DNA of 57,122 nt, filler included, from Sphacelaria rigidula (lineage: Eukaryota): NCBI GenBank assembly GCA_964200075.2. It is 4 parts of 4 records of this genome, joined end to end, with 100 filler letters (N's around TTAATTAATTAA, not from the genome) between each part and the next. Parts side by side here need not be neighbours in the genome. Positions count along the whole stretch, not along the records: positions 42,921 to 57,122 come from CAXNAA020002387.1; 3 more parts are not named here. The stretch is one strand, 5' to 3'. This document shows, one piece after another, positions 48,901-57,122 of this stretch (the stretch's first letter is position 1; each line of letters opens with the position of its first letter). The notes under the pieces were generated by a model that saw only the letters and a program-made list of their open reading frames with translations, searched no databases and had not been told where the DNA came from. The translations under genes were made by a program, and so were the position numbers.

Positions 48901-51900
48901 TTTCGAGTATCAGTACAAGCCGAGTGCAGACGCATAATGGGTCAACCGAAGCGCGTACTAGTACCCGGAAAAAAAAAAAGACGACGACAATCCCTTGTCA
49001 CCTCCCGTCTGAAGTCGGGACAAACTCCGAGTTTCGATACAAGCCGAGTGCTGACGCAAAATGGGTCAACCGAAGCGCGTACCAATACCTGACGAGATGG
49101 AGCAACGAGGACAATTTTTCGTCACCTCCCGTAAAACGTCGGGACATATTCCGAGTAATAGTACAAGCCGAGTGCAGACCCAGAATGGGTCAACCGAAGC
49201 GCGTACTAGTACCTGGAGAGGAGAAGAAACGACGACAATCCCTTGTCACCTCCCATCAAAAGTCGGGACAGCTTCCGAGTATCAGTACAAGCCGAGTGCA
49301 GACGCATAATGTGTCAACCGAAGTGCGTACTAGTACCCGGAGAGAAGAAGAAACGAGGTCAGTTCCTTGTCGCCTCCCGTTTGAGGTCGGGACAGATTCC
49401 GAGTATTGGTACAAGCCGAGAGCAGACGCATAATGGGTCAACCGAAGCGCGTACTAGTACTTGGAGAGAAGAAGAAACGAGGTCAATTCCTTGTCACCTC
49501 CCGTGTGAACTCGGGATAGATTTCGAGTATTAGTACAAGTCGAGTGCAGACCCAGAACGGGTCAACCGAAGCGCGTACTAGTACCTGGAGTGAACAAGAA
49601 ACGAGGTCAATTCCTTGTCACCTCCCGTCTGAAGTCGGGACGGCTTCCGAGTATTGGTACAGGCCGAGTGCAGACCCAGAATAGGTCAATCGAAGCGCGT
49701 ACCAGTACCTGGAGAAAACAAGAAACGAGGTCATTCCCTTGTCACCTCCCGTCTGGAGTCGGAACAGCTTTCGAGTATTGGTACAAGCCGAGTGCAGACG
49801 CATATTGGGTACACCGAAGCGCGTACTAGTATCTGGAAAGAAGAAAAAGCGACGACAATCCCTTGTCACCTCCCTTCTGAAGTCGGGACATATTCCGAGT
49901 TTCGGTACAAGCCGATGCAGACGCGGAATGGGTCACCCGAAGCACGTACTAATACCTGGAGAGAAGAAGAAACGAGGACAATTCCTCGTCACCTCCCATG
50001 TGAACTCGGGACAAATTCCGAGTGATAGTACAAGCCGAGTGCAGACCCATAATGGGTCAACCGAAGCGCGTACTAGTACCTGGAAAAGAGGAGAAACGAC
50101 GACAATCCCTTGTCGCCTCCCATCTAAAGTCCGGACAGCTTCCGAGTAGTGGTACAAGCCGAGTGCAGACGCATAATGGGTCAACCGAAGCGCGTACTAG
50201 TACCCGGGAAGAAGAAAAAACGACGACAATCCCTTGTCACCTCCCGTCTGAAGTCGGGACGTATTCCGAGTTTCGGTACAAGCCGAGTGCAGACGTAGAA
50301 TGGGTCAACCGAAGCGCGTGAATATACCTGGAGAGAAGAAGAAACGAGGACAATTCCTTGTCACCTCCCGTATAAAGTCGGGACAGATTCCGAGTATTAG
50401 TACGAGCCGAGTGCAGACCCAGAACGGGTCAACTGAAGCGCATATTAGTACCTGGAGAGGAGGAGAAACGACGACAATCCGTTGTCACCTCCCATCTAAA
50501 GTCGGGACAGCTTCCGAGTATTGGTACAAGCCGAGTGCAGACGCAGAATGGGTCAAGCGGAGCGCGTACTAGTACCTGGAGGGAAGAAGAAACGAGGTCA
50601 GGTCCTTGTCGCCCCCCGTTTGAGGTCGGGCCAGATTTCAATATTGGTACAAGCCGAGTGCAGACGCAGAATGGGTCATTCGAAGCGCGTACCAGTACCT
50701 GGAGAGAAGAAGAAACGAGGTCATTTCCTCGTCACCTCCCATCTAAAGTCGGCACAGGTTCCGAGTGACAGTACAAGCCGAGTGCAGACCCAGAATGGGT
50801 CAACCGAAGCGCGTACTAGTACCTGGAGAGGAGGAGAAACGACGACAATCCCTTGTCACCTCCCATCTAAAGTCGGGACAGCTTCCGAGAATTGGTACAA
50901 GCCGAGTGCAGACGCATAATGGGTCAAGCGTAGCGCGTACTAGTACCCGAGAGAAAAAGGAACGAGGTCATTTCCTTGTCGCCCCCCGTTTGAGGTCGGG
51001 ACAGCTTCCGAGTATTGGTACAAACCGAGTGCAGACCCAGAAAGGGTCAACCGAAGCGCGTACTAGTACCTGGAGAGAAGAAGAGGCGAGGTCAAAAACT
51101 GTCACCTCCAGTCTTAAGTCGGGGCGGATTCCGAGTATTGGTACAAGCCGAGTGCAGACCCAGAATGGGTCAACCGAAGCGCGTACTAGTACCCGGAGAG
51201 AACAAGAAACGACGTCATTTCCTTGTCACCTCCCGTCTCGAGTCGGGACGCATACCTAGTTTTTTTACAAGCCGAGTGCAGATCCAGATGAGTCAACCGA
51301 AGCGCGTACTAGTACCTTGAGAGGAGAAGAAACGAGGTCATTTCGTTGTCACCTCCCGTGTGAACTCGAGATAAATTCCGAGTATTAGTACAAGCCCAGT
51401 GCAGACCCAGAATGGGTCAATCGAAGCGCGTACTAGTACCTGGAGAGATGAAGAAACGAGGACAATTCCTTGTCACCTCCCGTCTGAAGTCGGGACAGCT
51501 TCCGAGTATTGGCACAAGCCGAGTGCAGACGCATAATGGGTCAACCGAAGCGCGTACTAGTACCTGGAGAGAACGAAAAACGAGGTCATTTCCTTGGCAC
51601 CTCCCGTCTGGAGTCGGAACAGCTTCCGAGTATTGGTACAAGACGAGTGCAGACGCATAATGGGTCAACCGAAGCGCGTACTAGTACCCGGAAAAAAGAA
51701 AAAACGACGACAATCCCTTGTCACCTCCCGTCTGAAGTCGGGACATATTCCGAGTTTCGGTACAAGCCGAGTGCAGACGCCAAATGGGTCAACCGAGGCG
51801 CGTACTAATACCTGGAGAGAAGAAGAAACGAGGACAATTCCTCGTCACCTCCCGTGTGAACTTGGGACAGATTCCGAGTGATAGTACAAGCCGAGTGCAG

Positions 51901-54425
51901 ACCCAGAATGGGTCAACCGAAGCGCGTACTAGTACCTGGAGAGGAGGAGAAACGACGACAATCCCTTGTCACCTCCCATCTAAAGTCGGGACAGCTTCCG
52001 AGTAGTGGTACAAGCCGAGTGCAGACGCATAGTGGGTCAACTGAAGCGCGTACTAGTACCCGGAGAGAAGAAGAAACGAGGTCAGTTCCTTGTCGCCTCT
52101 CGTTTGAGGTCGGGACAGATTCCGAGTATTGGTACAAGCCGAGTGCAGACGCATAATGGGTCAACCGAAGCGCGTACTAGTACCTGGAGAGAACAAGAAA
52201 CGAGGTCATTTCCTTGTCACCTCACGTCTCGAGTCGGGACAGATTTCGAGTATTGGTACAAACCGTGTGCAGACCCAGAATGGGTCAACCGAAGCGCGTA
52301 CGAGTACCTGGAGAGAAGAGGAAACGAGGACAATTCCTTGTCACCTCCCGTGTGAACTCGGGACATATTCCGAGTATTGGTACAAGCCGAGTCCAGACCC
52401 AGAATGGGTCAACCGAAACGCGTACTAGTACCCGAAGAGAAACAGGAACGAGGATAATTCCTTGTCACCTCCCGTCTCAAGTCTGGACAGCTTCCGAGTA
52501 TTGGTACAAGCCGAGTGCGGACCCAGAATGGGTCAACCGAAGCGCGTACTAGTGCCTGGAGAGAAGAAGAAACGAGGTCATTTCCTTGTCACCTCCCGTG
52601 TGAACTCGGGATAGCTTTCGAGTATCAGTACAAGCCGAGTCCAGACCCAGAATAGGTCAACCGAGGCGCGTACTAGTACCTGGAGAGAAGAAGAAACGAC
52701 GACAATCCCTTGTCACCTCCCGTGTGAACTCGGGATAGATTTCGAGTATTGGTACAAGCCGAGTGCAGACGCATAATGGGTCAATCGAAGCGCGTACTAG
52801 TACCTGGAGAGAACGAGAAACGAGGTCATTTCCTGTCACCTGCCGTCTCAAGTCGGGACAGATTCCGAGTATTGGTACAAGCCGCGTGCAGACGCATAAT
52901 GGGTCAATCGAAGCGCGTACTAGTACCCGGAGAGAACAAGAAACGAGGTCATTTCCTCGTCACGTCCCATCTAAAGTCGGGACAGCTTCCGAGTTTCGGT
53001 ACAAGCCGAGTGCAGACCCAGAATGGGTCAACCGGAGCGCGTACTAGTACCTGGAGAGGAGAAGAAACGAGGTCATTTCCTTGTCCCCTCCCGTGTGCAC
53101 TCAGTTTAGCTTTCGAGTATTAGTACGAGCCGAGTGCAGACCCAGAATGGGTCAACCGAAGCGCGTACTAGTACCCGAAGAGAAACAGAAACGTGTGAAG
53201 TCAGGACATATTCCGAGTTTCGGTACAAGCCGAGTGCAGACGCCAAATGGGTCAACCGAAGCGCGTGAAAATACCTGGAGAGAAGAAGAAACGAGGACAA
53301 CTCCTTGTCACCTCCCGTCTAAGGTCGGGACAGATTCCGAGTATTAGTACAAGCCGAGTGCAGAGCCATAATGGGTCAATCGAAGCGCGTACTAGTACCC
53401 GAAGAGGAACAGAAACGAGGACAATTCCTTGTCACCTACCGTCTGAAGTCGAGACAGATTCCGAGTATTGGTACAAGCCGAGTGCAGACGCACAATGGGT
53501 CAACCGAAGCGTGTACTAGTATCCGGAGAGAACAGGAAACGAGATCATTTCCTTGTCACCTCCCGTCTGAAGTCGGGACAGCTTCCGAGTATGGGTACAA
53601 GCCGAGTGCAGACGCACAATGGGTCAACCGAAGCGCGTACTACTACCCGGAGAGAACAAGAAACGAGGTCATTTCCTTGTCACCTCCCGTCTGAAGTTGA
53701 GATAGATTCCGAGTATTGGTACAAGCCGAGTGCAGACCCAGAATGGGTCAACCGAAGCGGGTACTAGTGTCTGGAGAGAAGAAGAAACGAGGTCATTTCC
53801 TGTCACCTCCCATCTGAAGTCGGGACAGCTTCCGAGTGATAGTACAAGCCGAGTGCAGACCCAGAATGGGTCAACCGGAGCGCGTACTAGTACCTGGAGA
53901 GGAGAAGAAACGACGACAATCCCTTGTCACCTCCCGTCTAGAGTCCAGACAGCTTCCGAGTATTGGTACAAGCCGAGTGCAGACGCATAATTGGTCAAGC
54001 GAAGCGCGTACCAGTACCTGGAGAGAAGAAGAAACGAGGTCATTTCCTTGTCGCCTCCCGTTTGAGGTCGGGACAGCTTCCGAGTATTGGTACAAGCCGA
54101 GTGCAGACGCATAATGGGTCAACCGAAGCGCGTACTAGTACCTGGAGAGAAGAAGAAACGAGGTCATTTCCTTGCCACCTCCCGTCTGGAGTCGGGACAG
54201 ATTCCGAGTATTGGTACAAGCCGTGTGCAGACGCATAATGGGCCAAGCGAAGCGCGTACCAGTACCTGGAGAGAAGAAGAAACGAGGTAATTCCCTCGTC
54301 GCCCTTCGTCTATAGTGGGGACAGCTTCCGAGTATTAGTACAAGCCGAGTGCAGACGCATAATGGGTCAACCGAAGCGCGTACTAGTACCTGGAGAGAAG
54401 AAGAAACGAGGTCATTTCCTTGTCA
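42921..54425. repeat. 124-bp tandem satellite, about 93 monomers, open-ended at the contig start
   Basis: TTGTCACCTCCC starts at 42921, again at 43045, and so on. Consensus is approximately TTGTCACCTCCCGTCTGAAGTCGGGACAG(C/A)TTCCGAGTATTGGTACAAGCCGAGTGCAGAC(GCAT/CCAG)AATGGGTCAACCGAAGCGCGTACTAGTACCTGGAGAGAAGAAGAAACGAGGTCATTTCC. Confidence 0.98.
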
Positions 54426-56590
54426 ACCCCTCCAGAAGAGCTGGACGAAACAAACCTGAGTAGGATAGAAGTAAACGGTGGGTCGACGTCTTCAACGTCT
54501 CGCGCAGGGTCACACTACATACACGAAAACATTTTTGAAACCAGAATGCGAACACATGATGAAGAAATGGCAACGACCTTCACAGAATTATTAAGAATGT
54601 ACAACAGAAACCTTGTAGACGTAGCGGGAAGGCTCGGTGGCACTCTGGTGTCACCGCCGATGAACCTACGTGAAGTTCAACACCATTTGGGAGGAGTAGA
54701 ACGTTTCCCGGAAACAGACGAACATACGAACATTGAAGAAATGGCAACAACATGCACAGAATTCATGAGACTGCACAATGGGAACCTTGGAGACGTAGCG
54801 GGAAGGCTCGGCGGCACTCTGGTGTCACCGCCGATGAACCTCCGTGAAGTCCAATACCATTTTGGAGAAGTAGAACGTTTCCCCAAAATAGATAAACTTA
54901 CGAGCATACTCGAACACGGTGTAACGATAGACACGACAGATACTGCACCGAAGTTGCGACGAGCACTCGAATCTGGTAACCACAGTAGTATCGACGTGCA
55001 CACCCCACATGTCTAGAAACAACGGAAGACTCGAGGAGGAACTGATGTTTGGGTGGTAACCGATCAACGGCCCCAGAAATTAGGCATTTACGAGTAGGTC
55101 CACTTCAAGCAGTTGTCACCAACAAGGTCCGCATCATCATGAATTTCGTTCGACATCGCACCCAGTAAAAGTACCGATTGGGATACCCCTGCGAAGGCTT
55201 TGGGGTACACGATCAACACTCACAGCATGCGTATTTCTGTACACACCCAAACGACTAAAAAAGGAAAAAGAAGAAAACGCGAGTTGATGAAACGCGAATG
55301 GTCCCAGGACAGGTCGCATGCTTCCGTCGCTGACATGCTGAGTGTGGCCAAAAATAAACTATGGAACCTCACCTAGGTTGTCCGAGCCGGTGAATTATTT
55401 TGTTTGGCAGCTGTTACGAGTATCCGGTCAACATCGAGCCAGTTGTGGAAAACAGGACAAGAATACAACTGAAGCTTGGGTGAAAATTCCATGATGATAT
55501 CTCTTTGTGGAAATGAGCGATCGATCATCAATTACCTGACCAAGGAGAAGCTCTGAGTGCCTCTCTGATATCCCAGGTAGATAGGCCGGCCTCACGACGC
55601 TACTTTACGGGCGCCAACTTCAGTGCTGTTGGACGATACTGCCCAGAGTTGAAGATACTCTGGGGATACCTTTCCCCCCGCTCTCACGTCGGAACTAGTC
55701 CGAAAAGCAAAACGTCATAGAAAACGGTTTCACCACCATCAATCTCGTAGAATCGTGCGTTAACCAGATGCTTCTTAGAGGAAAAGCCACAGAACCCGGA
55801 GAATCAGTATTGATACGGGGCGACAACGCGTCAGCAAAATCGTGGATGAACCAATGTGGGGTTCAAGACAGACGTGTTGGTTCTCTCAAAAGAATCGTGG
55901 GTCGCATGGAAATTACATCTGGATGATGTCCGATAGCAAAACACACTCGAGGTATTGACAATTGTCTTGGCCTGCAGAATTCCGAGATGGCCTGCGGAAC
56001 AAGTTCAACTGACAGGAGAACAGGGCTGAAATATTACGACATCGGTCCCCGGGGGAAACCTATATTCGACGTGGACCTCCAAAAATAAACCGCTGCCGAA
56101 AAGACAACTAGACGACAAGTTGTGGTCAGTCATCAATGAAGATATGAATTAACAAAGGATACAATCGCAACTTGCGCCGCCCCGTTTGGCACCATACCTC
56201 CCTTCCCCCCATTTTTTGTCCCCCTCAATTCTCACCAGGAGAACAACACGGTCATTGACATGATGGCAAGAGCTAGTACGAACGTTAGCTCCCGCATCCG
56301 TAGGTATTAGTCCCAAGGAGGGTTACACGGGGCAATTCGAGACATGGGCAAAAAATGGAGAGAAGCTTGGGGGGAGCAGGCCTTCCTACGAGAAGATGGA
56401 GGGCCATCTGCAATGACCTACGCCCCTCACAACGGTCATGGCGAGTAGGGTTTTCTGCCACGGGAACCGGAGCTCGACAGTATGATGATACTTATCTGCT
56501 ATTCAACATTTTCATAAGATGTTGACGAGGTGGGAGTTACCCACTCGTCACTGTATGTTAACCGCGATATCCTCGGGAATTGACAGTTCG
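54426..56590 (+). mobile_element. Decayed DIRS/Ngaro-type tyrosine-recombinase retrotransposon (pre-RT region, RT ends, RNase H, N-terminal YR domain)
   Basis: ILEHGV...ALESGNHSS; PLQAVVTNKVRIIMNF; APSKSTDWDTPAKALGYTINTHSMRIS; RNase H-like RYFTGANFSAVGRYC, VLIRGDNASAKSW and AKHTRGIDNCL; YR N-domain-like NRSSTV**YLSAIQHFHKM...WELPTRH. Many stops and frameshifts. Confidence 0.75.
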
Positions 56591-57122
56591 TTTCAGAGAC
56601 ACGAACAAGTAGCTAACTATAACGGTCTGAGAAACGTTTTGAAGAAGCGCAGCTTATCGGGCCGCCTAACGAGGGAAGTGTTGACCAGCCCCCAAAAAAG
56701 GGGACGGGTCAACAACCAGGAACAGAAAGTCACGGGTCAGCCCGATAGCTTGCGCACCTACTGCGACGAGGTCGCTGCTGGGTTGAGTCAGTGTGTTTTT
56801 TCTTGTGTCTTGTTTTTGTTTTGGATTCGTTTTGGAGTATTGCGTTGTGGTATTGATTTTTCCAAGTCTTGTTTGCGCCTTTAAAAAATCCACAATTCTC
56901 GAGCCTTTAACAAACGAACAAAAATCACCAAAACAAATATTTTTCCCCACGTTTGGTCCAGGATTTTTGTCTGGCCACTTCCTATAGGAGGGAAATTGCC
57001 CGATAAAAATCTCAGGTTATTGTCCGGGCCGAAAACTCGGCCGATCCCAGACAGATACTTCCTCCAACACATGAGTAAAGTCGGTTATGGGCTTTCGATC
57101 GTTTGCGCATTCAAACTCTTCT

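Noticed and set aside
42921..54425. CRISPR-like array or 5S rRNA/tRNA gene array
   Set aside because: The whole monomer is homologous with no unique spacers and no cas genes. The length is close to 5S, but only short, out-of-order resemblances were seen, and there are no intergenic spacers or T-run terminators.

Overview
Eukaryotic, repeat-rich DNA, most likely from a brown alga (Phaeophyceae). This is inferred from the long introns, the transposable element (TE) repertoire and the ankyrin-repeat type, not proven. The window is not one locus. It is four unrelated contigs of about 14.2 kb (1-14207, 14308-28514, 28615-42820, 42921-57122) joined by artificial N44-TTAATTAATTAA-N44 linkers. Contig 1 is a stack of decayed Ty3/Gypsy retrotransposons and MITEs. 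One integrase there carries a chromodomain plus a second Tudor/PWWP-like module. Contig 2 holds the six 3' exons of an intact DHX33-like DEAH-box RNA helicase, with SINEs in the introns and a fold-back MITE downstream. Contig 3 holds a Gypsy 3' end with an LTR, an unusual GAGCT-repeat element inside TTCAA/TTGAA-rich DNA, an ankyrin-repeat pseudogene and SINEs. Contig 4 is about 11.5 kb of a 124-bp tandem satellite with higher-order structure, fused directly to a decayed DIRS/Ngaro-type tyrosine-recombinase (YR) retrotransposon. Most ORFs in the supplied track are spurious.
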